Of a DNA stretch of 64,000 nucleotides, positions 39,039 to 48,589 are shown in pieces (position 1 is the stretch's first letter; each line of letters starts with the position of its first letter). The stretch comes from Deinococcales bacterium (GTDB lineage Bacteria; Deinococcota; Deinococci; Deinococcales; JAAFIG01), in assembly GCA_031414595.1 (NCBI GenBank), contig JANNVX010000041.1, positions 1 to 64,000 on the forward strand, in the 5' to 3' direction. A program made the position numbers and the translations under genes. A model generated the notes under the pieces. It searched no databases. It was not told where the DNA came from and was given only the letters and a program-made list of their open reading frames with translations.

Positions 39039-39862
39039 AAAACATCAAATGGAATGTCTTAGCCATTCATGCAGTGCTGCTTTCTTATACTGCCCTTGCC
39101 TTATTTCCAACACTGTTGATGCTGCTTAATTCCCTCAAATCTCGAGAGGCAATTTTTGGTAGCCCATTAGCCTTACCAACTCCGCAAACCTTTGATTTAA
39201 GTGGTTATCAAACAGTTTTCTCGAGTGCTAGGTTTGATTTGTATTTCTTAAATAGTGTACTCGTCACCACAGGTTCTTTAAGCCTGATTCTGCTTGTCTC
39301 CAGTGGAGCGGCTTGGGCTTTGGCGCGGTACGAATTTAAGGGCAGTACATTACTTGGGTTGTACTTATCGCTGGGGATTATGGTTCCAATTCGACTTGGC
39401 ACAATTAGTTTGTTAAAACTGATGGTGTCCTTAAATCTCACCAATACCTTGTGGGCGTTAATTCTGGTCTATACCGCCGGCGGGATTCCACTCGCGGTCT
39501 TTATTCTGACTCAGTTTTTTAAGCAAGTCCCGCGTGAACTCGAGGACGCTGCCAAGATGGATGGTGCGTCTGAATACCAAATTTTTTGGTTGCTGCTGCC
39601 CTTGGTGCGCCCCGCCCTTGGAACAGTCGCGGTCTTTAATATGATTCCAATTTGGAATGACCTGTGGTTTCCCTTAATTCTAGCCCCAAGCGAGAAAAGT
39701 AAAACCGTTATCTTGGGCGCACAAATTTTCTTAGGGCAATTTATCAACGACTGGAACGCAGTTTTGGCAGCTTTAACACTGGCTATTATGCCGATTATGA
39801 TTCTGTATATCATTTTTTCCAAACAACTGATTCGCGGTTTAACCCAAGGTGCAGTCAAGTAA
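39035..39862 (+). CDS. Carbohydrate ABC transporter permease
   Basis: YFLNS, ELEDAAKMDGA, GLTQGAVK. Confidence 0.92.
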   Translation: MKNIKWNVLAIHAVLLSYTALALFPTLLMLLNSLKSREAIFGSPLALPTPQTFDLSGYQTVFSSARFDLYFLNSVLVTTGSLSLILLVSSGAAWALARYEFKGSTLLGLYLSLGIMVPIRLGTISLLKLMVSLNLTNTLWALILVYTAGGIPLAVFILTQFFKQVPRELEDAAKMDGASEYQIFWLLLPLVRPALGTVAVFNMIPIWNDLWFPLILAPSEKSKTVILGAQIFLGQFINDWNAVLAALTLAIMPIMILYIIFSKQLIRGLTQGAVK

Positions 39863-39960
39863 AGAAATAACCTTTAGCACAACGCGATTGTGCTTTTTGT
39901 GCTAATTTATGGCTGTACCATGTACAATAGTTGCAGTAGAACACAACAAGGAGGCATTTT

Positions 39961-40416
39961 ATGAAAAAGTGGTTACTGGTTTTCGTAGCAATTCTAGGTT
40001 TCTCGAGTTTGGCTGGCGCTCAGCGCTTCTCTATCGGTGGGGGCATTAGTGGTTCTTTTGGTAGTGGTAGTAGCGCTTTTAGTTTTGGAGTGAACTTGGG
40101 TATTGAAGACCTTGCTCGACTCGGACCGATTGGCGTGGATGCTCGGCTTGACCTTGAGGGAGCTTCGCTTGGTGGTGTCTTTATTTTGGGGGCTGGCGCA
40201 TCTGTGATGGGAACATTTCAAGTGGCTCAATTCACTTTGTACGCCGGTCCTCGGGTTGTCTTTGTTTTTGTGCCAACCACGGCTTTTGGTTTTGGCGCGA
40301 TTGCTGGGGCAAGATACTCGATAGGTGGAGGTTTATCAGCCTATGGTGAACTCAAATTATTGTTTTCCCCTGCTTTTGATTGGCAAATTGGTGTTGGCGT
40401 AAGATTTAATTTTTAA
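39961..40416 (+). CDS. Small outer-membrane beta-barrel-like protein
   Basis: Signal peptide, Gly/aromatic alternating strands, C-terminal GVRFNF; strong RBS. Confidence 0.7.
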   Translation: MKKWLLVFVAILGFSSLAGAQRFSIGGGISGSFGSGSSAFSFGVNLGIEDLARLGPIGVDARLDLEGASLGGVFILGAGASVMGTFQVAQFTLYAGPRVVFVFVPTTAFGFGAIAGARYSIGGGLSAYGELKLLFSPAFDWQIGVGVRFNF

Positions 40417-41579
40417 GACTTTTTTAATCGCTCGAGACGCGTGGCTGCGGCTGCTAAAGTCTCGAGCGATTTGCATATCGCAAATCGCAGGGCATTTGGG
40501 GCGCGACTGCGAGTCGTTGGGTCGTAAAATATGGGGACAGGCATGGCAGCCACGCCGATTTCTGAGACCAAGTAGCGGGCAAATTCTTGGGTGTTATGTG
40601 AAAAATTTTCAATACCAGCCACAATAAAGTATCCACCTTCGGGTCGCATGGGCTTAAAACCAACTCGAGACAGGGTTTGAAATAGGGTATTGCGCTGCTC
40701 GAAAAAGCGCTGTTGCAAAGCCGTGTAGTACCCATTGTGCGCGGCGGTCTCGAGACAAATGGCAGTGGCTTCTTGAACATGCCCTGTGACATGAAACGGT
40801 ATCCATTGGTGCGCTCCGCGCATGGCTTGGGTAATCTGGGCTGGGGCAACTGCCCAACCGATGCGCCAACCTGTGACCGAAAAGATTTTTCCTGCGCTGC
40901 CAATCGTGATGGTGCGCTCACGCATTTCGGGCAAAGAAGCAAAACTAATGTGCGGGGCTTCAAAGGTGATGCGATCATAGACTTCATCGCTAATCACCCA
41001 AAGGTTGTGTTCTAAGACCAAAGCTGCAATGTCCTCGAGTTCAGTTTTGGTAAAAACCTTGCCTGTCGGATTGTGCGGCGAATTAAGAATAATTCCTTTG
41101 GTGCGTGGCGTGATGGCTGCCCCTAATTGCTCGAGATTTAATCTCCAAGTTTCATTTTCTGGCTCGAGCTGCACAAAAACTGGAATGCCATCACACAGCC
41201 GCACTTGTGGGGCATATGAATCAAATTTTGGCTCGAGTAAAATCACTTCGTCCCCAGAATTGACCAAGGACACCAGTGCGGCATGAAGGGCTTGAGTTGC
41301 GCCAACCGTAATCGTGATTTCCTCGAGCGGGTCAATTTTGCCAATCTGTGGCTCGAGTAAGGCTGCGACTGCCTCTAGTAAACGCGGTATACCACGCGGC
41401 GCAGTGTACTGATGCGAAGCGGTTTTTAGGCTTTGAAATGCGGCTGCCAGCACAAAATCCGGCACTGCCCAATCTGGGAAGCCCTGCCCCAAGTTTACGG
41501 CATTGTGTTTGACTGCCAAGGCGGTCAGTTCAGTAAAAGGATTGGGGCTAAAACCCAAAACTCGAGAAGCCAGTTGCAT
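40413..41579 (-). CDS. PLP-dependent class I/II aminotransferase (YbdL/kynurenine aminotransferase-like)
   Basis: NLGQGFPD, NSPHNPTGK, SDEVY, SAGKIFSVTGWRIG. Start chosen 7 nt after TATGCT. Confidence 0.9.
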   Translation of the reverse strand: MQLASRVLGFSPNPFTELTALAVKHNAVNLGQGFPDWAVPDFVLAAAFQSLKTASHQYTAPRGIPRLLEAVAALLEPQIGKIDPLEEITITVGATQALHAALVSLVNSGDEVILLEPKFDSYAPQVRLCDGIPVFVQLEPENETWRLNLEQLGAAITPRTKGIILNSPHNPTGKVFTKTELEDIAALVLEHNLWVISDEVYDRITFEAPHISFASLPEMRERTITIGSAGKIFSVTGWRIGWAVAPAQITQAMRGAHQWIPFHVTGHVQEATAICLETAAHNGYYTALQQRFFEQRNTLFQTLSRVGFKPMRPEGGYFIVAGIENFSHNTQEFARYLVSEIGVAAMPVPIFYDPTTRSRAPNALRFAICKSLETLAAAATRLERLKKS

Positions 41580-41678
41580 GGGCATTAGCATACTGCTTAT
41601 CTGTACAGGATGAAAAAACAGGTATGTCTCGAAATGCCCGTACCTCCAAGCCCTCAGACTTGGTAGAGTGACACAGTT

Positions 41679-42758
41679 GTGATTAGTGGTCGCTTAAAAG
41701 ATGTCCCCATCGAAGACATCCTTAGCCTGATTGCCGGAGGGCGCAAATCGGGGGTCTTGGTGGTCAATCTCGATGAGCGTGAAGCCAAAATTCATTTTGA
41801 GGACGGCAAAATTTTGTATGCTCGAATTGAAGATGGGGCAAACCTCGGGGAGTATATGGTGCGGCTCGAGATGACCACGCCCGAAGATGTGCAGAAACTG
41901 GTGGGCAAACAAAAACAAGAAAATCCGCATACCCCGCTTGGCATGATGGCAGTGCGAAATGGTGTGATTAACGACCAAGACCTTCGCACGGCGCTAGAAG
42001 CCCAAGTGCTTGACGCGATGATCGAAGTGATGATTTGGGCAGATATTCCCCGTTCCAGATTTAACTTTAAGGAACGAGGCTTGGATGCTTCACAAGTCCC
42101 AACGCCGCATTTACTCGATGCTTCTGGGATGCTGATGGAATGCACGCGGCGTTTAGACGAATGGCGGCGTGGGCAAGTCAAACCCCAAGATGTTCTCGAG
42201 GTGGCAGTGGATTTACAAGGCGATAGCCGCACCGCCAAATTAACCCTTGGGCAATGGGAACTGATGTACCTTGTGGATGGGCAACGCAGTGCTGCCAGTA
42301 TTGCCGCCGAACTAAATATCCCTGAAGGCGAGACTTATTACCAACTTTTTTTAATGCAGGAACAAAAACTGCTTCGTCCTGCCGAGGTGCGCGGCGAAGA
42401 CCCTTGGGTGTTAATTGTTTCGACTTCACAAACCACACGGCGGCTTTGTACCCTGACCCTGACCCGAGAACGCTACCGTGTGATGCACGCCACCACCTTG
42501 GAAACTGCCAAGAACCTGCTCGAGACACGCCGTCCAAATACGGTTTTACTGGATTGGGAAGAACCACTCGAGACCATCAAAGCTATTCGTGGTAGACGCA
42601 ATTTAACCCCAATTGTAGCAATAGTTCAAACCGAACCTCGGGTTGGGCTTGGCTTATTTCGTAACCATGCCACCACCAATGTGCGTTACTTGATTAAACC
42701 GTATACCGAAATGCAGCTGATTCGTTCGATTGGCGCAGTCACGGGCAGAGCCGTCTAA
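41679..42758 (+). CDS. DUF4388 (PatA-N) domain protein with C-terminal atypical receiver domain
   Basis: GRLKDVPIEDILSLI..GRKSGVL; LLME..RRLDEW; VLLD, YLIKPY. Confidence 0.8.
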   Translation: MISGRLKDVPIEDILSLIAGGRKSGVLVVNLDEREAKIHFEDGKILYARIEDGANLGEYMVRLEMTTPEDVQKLVGKQKQENPHTPLGMMAVRNGVINDQDLRTALEAQVLDAMIEVMIWADIPRSRFNFKERGLDASQVPTPHLLDASGMLMECTRRLDEWRRGQVKPQDVLEVAVDLQGDSRTAKLTLGQWELMYLVDGQRSAASIAAELNIPEGETYYQLFLMQEQKLLRPAEVRGEDPWVLIVSTSQTTRRLCTLTLTRERYRVMHATTLETAKNLLETRRPNTVLLDWEEPLETIKAIRGRRNLTPIVAIVQTEPRVGLGLFRNHATTNVRYLIKPYTEMQLIRSIGAVTGRAV

Positions 42759-42799
42759 GACTAACCACGGTCAATCTAATTTAAGGTATTCTGGGTCTC

Positions 42800-44014
42800 A
42801 TGTCTCGAGTCTTGATGATTGGTGCTGGCGGTGTTGGCGGAGTGGTGGCAAAAAAATGCGCCCAGAACGATTCGGTCTTTACCGAACTGATGATTGCCAG
42901 CCGTACCAAAGCCAAATGCGATAAAATTGCCAGCGAAATAAAAGAATTCTTTCCGAACTCCAAAACCATAATTACCACGGCTCAAGTGGATGCTGATGAT
43001 GTGGCAGCGCTGGTCAAGCTCATTGGTGAGTTCAAACCGAAAATGGTGATTAACGTCGCTCTGCCCTATCAGGATTTGCCGATTATGGATGCTTGTTTAG
43101 AAACAGGGGTGCATTACTTGGACACCGCCAATTATGAACCCAAAGACCTTGCCAAGTTCGAGTATAGCTGGCAATGGGCGTACAAAGAACGCTTTGAAAA
43201 CGCGGGTTTAATGGCGCTTTTGGGTTCTGGTTTTGACCCCGGTGCAACCAATGTTTACAGTGCTTACCACGCCAAGCATCACTTTGACGAAATGCACTAC
43301 ATGGACATTGTTGACTGCAACAACGGTAGCCATGGCAAAGCCTTTGCCACAAATTTTAATCCAGAAATTAACATCCGAGAGATTACGGCAAATGGGCGCT
43401 ACTGGGAAAATGGCGCATGGATAGAAACCAGACCGCTCGAGATTAGCCAAGATATTTACTACCCACGGGTTCAAACCCGCAAGAGTTTTGTGCTGTACCA
43501 CGAAGAACTCGAGAGTCTGGTGAAGCACTACCCAACACTCAAACGGGCGCGTTTTTGGATGACCTTTGGCGAGCAGTACATCAAATACCTGTCTGTTCTC
43601 GAGACGGTCGGTATGACAGCCATAGAACCAATTCGGATTAAAGGGGTGGACATTGCACCCATTGAATTCTTAAAAGCGATTCTACCCGCACCCGAAAGCC
43701 TTGCTGCCAATTACACCGGACAGACCTGTATTGGAGTGCAGATTAAAGGCATCAAAGACGGCAAACCAAAGACCCATTTTATTTATAATGTCTGTGACCA
43801 TGCCGAGACCTTTAAGGAAGTTCAAGCCCAAGGCATTAGCTACACCACTGGCGTACCCGCGATGATAGGCGCAATGCTGATGCTCGAGGGCAAATGGATG
43901 AAACCGGGGGTCTGGAACATGGAACAATTTGACCCAGACCCATTTATGGCAGCCATGAACCAATGGGGTTTGCCGTGGCATGAACTGAGTGATATTGAAC
44001 TGGTTAAAGATTAA
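42800..44014 (+). CDS. Saccharopine dehydrogenase family (carboxy(nor)spermidine dehydrogenase-like)
   Basis: IGAGGVG, YLDTANYE, GSGFDPG, FATNFNPEINIREI, HEELESL, SYTTGVPA. Confidence 0.9.
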   Translation: MSRVLMIGAGGVGGVVAKKCAQNDSVFTELMIASRTKAKCDKIASEIKEFFPNSKTIITTAQVDADDVAALVKLIGEFKPKMVINVALPYQDLPIMDACLETGVHYLDTANYEPKDLAKFEYSWQWAYKERFENAGLMALLGSGFDPGATNVYSAYHAKHHFDEMHYMDIVDCNNGSHGKAFATNFNPEINIREITANGRYWENGAWIETRPLEISQDIYYPRVQTRKSFVLYHEELESLVKHYPTLKRARFWMTFGEQYIKYLSVLETVGMTAIEPIRIKGVDIAPIEFLKAILPAPESLAANYTGQTCIGVQIKGIKDGKPKTHFIYNVCDHAETFKEVQAQGISYTTGVPAMIGAMLMLEGKWMKPGVWNMEQFDPDPFMAAMNQWGLPWHELSDIELVKD

Positions 44015-44167
44015 ACGCCCCTTGGGATACTTTATTCGAGATGGGATTTGTATTTTTAGCGCAGCCTAGGCACAAGCCTCGAGAGTTGCTTGATTTAATG
44101 CTTAAACAGAGTCTAAAACTACTTTTAAGCACACCGCGTCGGCTCGAGGGCGAAAGACTTAGAGATT

Positions 44168-45946
44168 CTACTCAGCCTCTTCTACTTTTTTGGTCTTCAC
44201 AAAGCGCTTGAGTACGCCACTTAAGCCACTCGAGACTCGAGCTAATAACGTGGGTTTTGCTGGCTCAGTAATTATTGCTGGCTCGATAAGAGTTTCCTCG
44301 AGTGGCTTACCAGTCAATCGGGCATAGGTGCGGCGGTCTGCCATAACCACCAGTTCATCGAGTGGCTCGAGGGTGGTGCTGCCGCGTGGGACACGAACAT
44401 GTCCGTCACGCAAAATAGCCACCAGTAGCGTATCTTGCCAGTCAAGGTCGCGCACCAATTGGTTACGCCATGTTTCTGGTACAGGCAGTCGGTAAAGACG
44501 TTCGTCGTCGGTATCCGAAATCATCAGTGCGTCTTGCTCGAGTAAATCAAGTAGGTCTGGGGTATCGCGTAAGCCAGTGGCACGTTTTAAGTATTCGTTA
44601 ATATGCACTGGACTATTTGAACGAGATTCGGCTTGGGCTGGCAGGATGCTTTCGCGTCCAGTCAGGGCATACCCCGCTAAAGTGGTCATTAAGAGCGGCA
44701 CAAGCAAGCCGTAGCCGCTCCATTCGGTAATTAGCAGCGTGGCGGCGAGTGGTGCATTGACTGCCCCAGCCAAAAAAGCCGCCATGCCTGCCAAAGTAAA
44801 GGCGGCTGGTTCGATGGGGTAGTTTGGAAAAATAATGTTCAGGGTTTGGGCAAATAAATTTCCGATTAACCCGCCCAGCACCAAGCTCGGGGTGATTAAA
44901 CCGCCAGTCACACCACTCGAGCCTGCCAGCAGTACAATTCCAGCCCGAATGATTAGCAATGCCAGTACCGTGCCAATCGGTAGAAAATCGGATAAGGAAA
45001 GCTGCATCCAACCCAATCCGTCACCCAAAGCAAATTCGGTGAAGACTGCTAGGACACCAATTAAAATGGCGGCTAGGGCAGTTCTTACCCAAATCGGGAT
45101 TTTAATTAAATTCCAACCTTCGCGCAGTCCACGTAAGGCAATTACAAAACCAGCCGCCGCCAGTGCCTCGAGTAAGCCCAAGACAAAAAAGGCTGGCAAT
45201 AAAGCGGGGGGCTGCCCTCCGAGTTGTGGCAGTTCAAAAAGGGGTTCAAAACCTCGGAATAAGCCGTAAATTGCAAAGGCAATCACACTCGAGAGGACGG
45301 CGGGCATCAGGGCTTCAATTTCAAATTCAAAACGTCGGTAGAGCATTTCGACCGCTAAAACCGCCGCCGCTAAAGGCGCACGTAAAGCCAAACCAAGCAT
45401 GGCAGCCAAGGTTGCCACAAACATCAAACGTCTGTCCTCGTCGGATAAGCGGGATAAGCGGGTAAAGACAGGCGCGAGAAGCATGGCGAGACTGGCAAAA
45501 ACCCCTTCGCGTCCTAACGGTGCGCCTACACTTGCAGTTAAGATACCTTGGAGTAATTCTAAAGCGGTACGACGCGGTTCTGGGTTGGCATTTTGACCAT
45601 GAAAGGCTTGAACCGCAGCGTTCACCCCGTCTGACTCGAGTGGAGGGGCATCTTTTTGTCTGGCACGCCAGAAAGCCAGCCCAGCAAATCCCAGTAAGGT
45701 CAGGAGTGGCAGTAACCAAGCACTTTGGGCGGTGTAGGCTTGTAAAATCCCGCCTTCACTGGGTAGTCCGGGTGGGCGTAAACCAGTTAAGCCAGATAAA
45801 AACCAGTCTTGTAAACGCTCGAGTACCCATGCCAGCGCTGCCCCGAACGCACCAACCAATAAGCCAGTGCCAATGCTGTACAAGACAACCCGACCAGTCT
45901 CGAGTCGAGCGCCAAAAAAGGGCAATGCGCGGCGTGTCGGTTGCAT
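44168..45946 (-). CDS. ClC chloride channel family protein with TrkA-C domain
   Basis: PLGREG, GGLITPSL, NAPLA; C-terminal LLVAILRDG..RVPRGST. Start 45946 lies 7 nt after TACGCT. Confidence 0.88.
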   Translation of the reverse strand: MQPTRRALPFFGARLETGRVVLYSIGTGLLVGAFGAALAWVLERLQDWFLSGLTGLRPPGLPSEGGILQAYTAQSAWLLPLLTLLGFAGLAFWRARQKDAPPLESDGVNAAVQAFHGQNANPEPRRTALELLQGILTASVGAPLGREGVFASLAMLLAPVFTRLSRLSDEDRRLMFVATLAAMLGLALRAPLAAAVLAVEMLYRRFEFEIEALMPAVLSSVIAFAIYGLFRGFEPLFELPQLGGQPPALLPAFFVLGLLEALAAAGFVIALRGLREGWNLIKIPIWVRTALAAILIGVLAVFTEFALGDGLGWMQLSLSDFLPIGTVLALLIIRAGIVLLAGSSGVTGGLITPSLVLGGLIGNLFAQTLNIIFPNYPIEPAAFTLAGMAAFLAGAVNAPLAATLLITEWSGYGLLVPLLMTTLAGYALTGRESILPAQAESRSNSPVHINEYLKRATGLRDTPDLLDLLEQDALMISDTDDERLYRLPVPETWRNQLVRDLDWQDTLLVAILRDGHVRVPRGSTTLEPLDELVVMADRRTYARLTGKPLEETLIEPAIITEPAKPTLLARVSSGLSGVLKRFVKTKKVEEAE

Positions 45947-45970
45947 TGGGAGTAGCGTATCATTGTTTGT

Positions 45971-46050
45971 TGGAACATTGACCCATATGTAACTGGGACT
46001 TTGACCCATGTGTAACTGGAACATTGACCCATGTGTAACTGGGACTTTGA
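45971..46050. repeat. 23-bp tandem repeat (~3.5 copies) in a divergent promoter region
   Basis: TTGACCCAT(A/G)TGTAACTGG(G/A)AC(T/A) at 45978, 46001, 46024. Confidence 0.9.
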
Positions 46051-46182
46051 TTCGTTCAACTGAACTTTTGCGGATTGTTTGGCGTACATAAAATCAGAGG
46101 ATGTTTAATGACACTGGCGTTTGCGGCAAATTTAATTCAGGTGGGTTCACTACCCAAGCCTTATTTGGTTAGAATGCCAGTC

Positions 46183-46770
46183 ATGAATTCATTGCCAGAG
46201 TTATCAGACGCGGATTTAATTGCGCGTTTTGCTTGGCGTGACGAAGCGGCTTTAGCAGAAATCTATGACCGCTACTCGAGTTTGTTGTTTGGTTTGGCGG
46301 TACGGGTTTCAGGGTCTAAGGAACGAGCCGAGGAAATTGTCCAGGATGCCTTTATGAAACTCTGGCGCAATCCTAGTTTGTTCGATGCGTCTCGAGCCAG
46401 TTTGTCTACTTTTTTAATTACGTTGGTACGAAATGCCTCGATAGATACTCTGCGCCGTGAGCGCTACACCACGCCACTTGAAGACGAAGAAGGCGAGCCG
46501 CTTCCGATAGCCAGTAGCATCGCCACCCCACTCGAGCAAGCAGAACTGGCACAAACGGCAATGCAGGTGCGGGTCGCAATGGCGGAGTTATCGCCAAACC
46601 ACCGACGTACCGTCGAACTAGCCTATTTTAAGGGCGCGTCTCGAGAAGAAATTGCACTGGAAATGGATGTACCTGTAGGGACAGTCAAAAGCCGTTTGAA
46701 GTACGCTCTTGATAAACTTAAGGCTTCGCTCGGCGAATTTTCACTTGGAGGGCAACATGGCACAAATTAA
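46183..46770 (+). CDS. ECF sigma-70 factor (SigK/RpoE-like)
   Basis: AEEIVQDAFMKLW, RNASIDTLRR, LAYFKG, VPVGTVKSRL. TAGAAT lies 7 nt before ATG 46183. Confidence 0.92.
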   Translation: MNSLPELSDADLIARFAWRDEAALAEIYDRYSSLLFGLAVRVSGSKERAEEIVQDAFMKLWRNPSLFDASRASLSTFLITLVRNASIDTLRRERYTTPLEDEEGEPLPIASSIATPLEQAELAQTAMQVRVAMAELSPNHRRTVELAYFKGASREEIALEMDVPVGTVKSRLKYALDKLKASLGEFSLGGQHGTN

Positions 46771-47986
46771 AGAATTGCTCCCAGTGGTTGCGCTTGGTAT
46801 TGCCACACCCGAAGAAGTTCAGTTGGTTAAAGCTGCTCTCGAGTCGGATGTTGCCCTGCAAACCGAGTATGCCGAACTCGAACGGGTTTTAACTGGGCTT
46901 GGTGCAGATGTTGCCCTTGCGCCTCCTGCTACCTTAAAAACCAAAATCCTAGCTGCGGCTCGAGAATCCATTCCAAAAGCTGTTGCCGTTTCTCGAGTTC
47001 GGGCTGCGCCACAAGCTCGGCGTTCTCGTCCAATCGCAAAATTTATTCCGTGGGTCATGGGTGGTTTAGCGGCTGGTTTAACTGCCTTGGCTGTCTTTGT
47101 TGTGCAACCCCAAGCCTCACAAATCAATGCAACTAGCGTGGCAGCCACCTCTGACGGCAGTATTATTTATGCCAATTCTGGGGCGGTGTCACGTACCACA
47201 CCTGTTGTGCTGATGCGGGCTAACGGTCAGAAGATTCCAATTAAATTTGTGGCAGATAAAGAGTGTTTGTTTAAGGCGGCTGTCTCGAGTGACGGCTTAA
47301 CGTACTTACTGGATTCTGCCAATAATATCGTTTTCATTATCGAAGAAAAAACTGGTGAACTGATTGATCGCTGGACTGTACCGAAAAACGCTACCGCCAT
47401 GGATGTGGTTGGAACAACTGTGTTGGTGCGTTCTAGCGAAGTTGCAATCATTTTTAGGCGCAACCAAAGTGGCGAAAAAAGCATGGTCGAAGCACGGCTC
47501 TCGAGTCTCAGTAAACCCAGTGCGAACCCCGAAGCGGCTGTCATAGATGGTGACAACTTATACATCACAGACCAAACAGCAGGGGTGATTCATGTTTTAA
47601 GCAGTATAACGGGTAAAGAAAAAACACAATTTCAAGCACCTGAATTGCCTGTTTCTCTGGCTGTTAGGGGCGGTTTGTGGGTACTTGATGGCAAAGGCGC
47701 ACTGCTAAAACTTGGGTTGCCAAGCGGTCAAGTTCTCGAGAAAATTGCACTTCAAGGCAGACCACAACTTTTACGTCTAACCGATGGGTTTGCCTTTATT
47801 GCTGATTCTGATGGGTTTGTTTCGGTGGTTGACCTTGCAAAAAAGAAAGTAACAGCCCGTAAACGCTTGCAAAATTCGGTCATGGGACTCTCCGATATGC
47901 CCGATGGTCATATGGCAGTTGCGCTCGAGAAAGCTGGAATTGTTGTGCTGGACGATAATCTTGAGGTTGTCAAAAGATTCAACTGA
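46757..47986 (+). CDS. Anti-sigma factor (RskA-like N-terminus, one TM) with extracytoplasmic beta-propeller-like domain
   Basis: ELLPVVALG..TPEE, PPATLKTKILAA, TM helix, then repeated beta-strand blades; GGAGG RBS; overlaps the sigma gene end. Confidence 0.75.
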   Translation: MAQIKELLPVVALGIATPEEVQLVKAALESDVALQTEYAELERVLTGLGADVALAPPATLKTKILAAARESIPKAVAVSRVRAAPQARRSRPIAKFIPWVMGGLAAGLTALAVFVVQPQASQINATSVAATSDGSIIYANSGAVSRTTPVVLMRANGQKIPIKFVADKECLFKAAVSSDGLTYLLDSANNIVFIIEEKTGELIDRWTVPKNATAMDVVGTTVLVRSSEVAIIFRRNQSGEKSMVEARLSSLSKPSANPEAAVIDGDNLYITDQTAGVIHVLSSITGKEKTQFQAPELPVSLAVRGGLWVLDGKGALLKLGLPSGQVLEKIALQGRPQLLRLTDGFAFIADSDGFVSVVDLAKKKVTARKRLQNSVMGLSDMPDGHMAVALEKAGIVVLDDNLEVVKRFN

Positions 47987-48094
47987 GTATAAAATTCTTT
48001 TTGACGATTTCGTGACGGTGCGTTTGTTACAATACACCTATCAAAAGGACGGGCAACGACCCAACCTTTAATTCAGCTTACCCTGGAGGGGTTT

Positions 48095-48295
48095 ATGAAA
48101 CGCACAAACTACATGAAACGCGCCACGCTCCGTTTTCTCGAGGGTACAAAATTCCGTACTCCTGTCGAAGCTGTCGAAGCTGGAGTTCGCAGCTTAGGCG
48201 ACTGGGCAGATATGCTTGCCGAAGAACGCGAAGCCGAAACAGTCCAAAACAGCGTAGACCGTCGTCGTAACCGCGAAGTTATGGCAGAAGCCTAA
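48095..48295 (+). CDS. 66-aa hypothetical protein
   Basis: GGAGG RBS, upstream TACAAT, plausible codon usage; no recognised domain. Confidence 0.6.
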   Translation: MKRTNYMKRATLRFLEGTKFRTPVEAVEAGVRSLGDWADMLAEEREAETVQNSVDRRRNREVMAEA

Positions 48296-48297
48296 AG

Positions 48298-48573
48298 AGC
48301 AGCTTTGAGTCATGAGCTATGGGCTTTGAGTAACACCGTCCAAATGGCGTAGCCAACACCAAGTCAATTAGCGCACACGCTTCTTAAAAAAACGCAGTAC
48401 AATAAACCCAAGTTGAACAAACCTCCTCCACCTCGAGACCACGCTTTTAAGCGCTCTCGAGGTTTTGTCGTTTGGTAGCTATTAGCTTCTAGCTGCTAGT
48501 TTTCAGCTTCTAGCTTTTCACCCTTTGTCTTTCGCCTTTCGTCCTCATAGCTCAAGACTCATAGCTCATAGCT
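48298..48573. repeat. Heptamer-type short tandem repeats in inverted orientation flanking the hflX upstream region
   Basis: AGCTTTG/AGTCATG/AGCTATG/GGCTTTG (48301-48330) versus CTCATAG/CTCAAGA/CTCATAG/CTCATAG (48544-48571); additional (T)AGCTTC/GCTAG units at 48476-48516. Confidence 0.65.
48410..48468 (+). ncRNA. Candidate small RNA or attenuator with anti-Shine-Dalgarno sequence and terminator-like hairpin
   Basis: TACAAT at 48398-48403; AACCTCCTCC; hairpin ACCTCGAGA...TCTCGAGGT followed by a T-run. Confidence 0.4.
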
Positions 48574-48589
48574 TTCTTAGGAGGTTATT

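Noticed and set aside
44168-45946. Fluoride-specific CLC-F with a fluoride riboswitch
   Set aside because: The selectivity region (SDGVN) is atypical but does not match CLC-F motifs I can verify, and no riboswitch consensus was seen upstream.
45971-46050. Possible CRISPR array
   Set aside because: Units are directly adjacent with no unique spacers, and no cas genes occur in the window.
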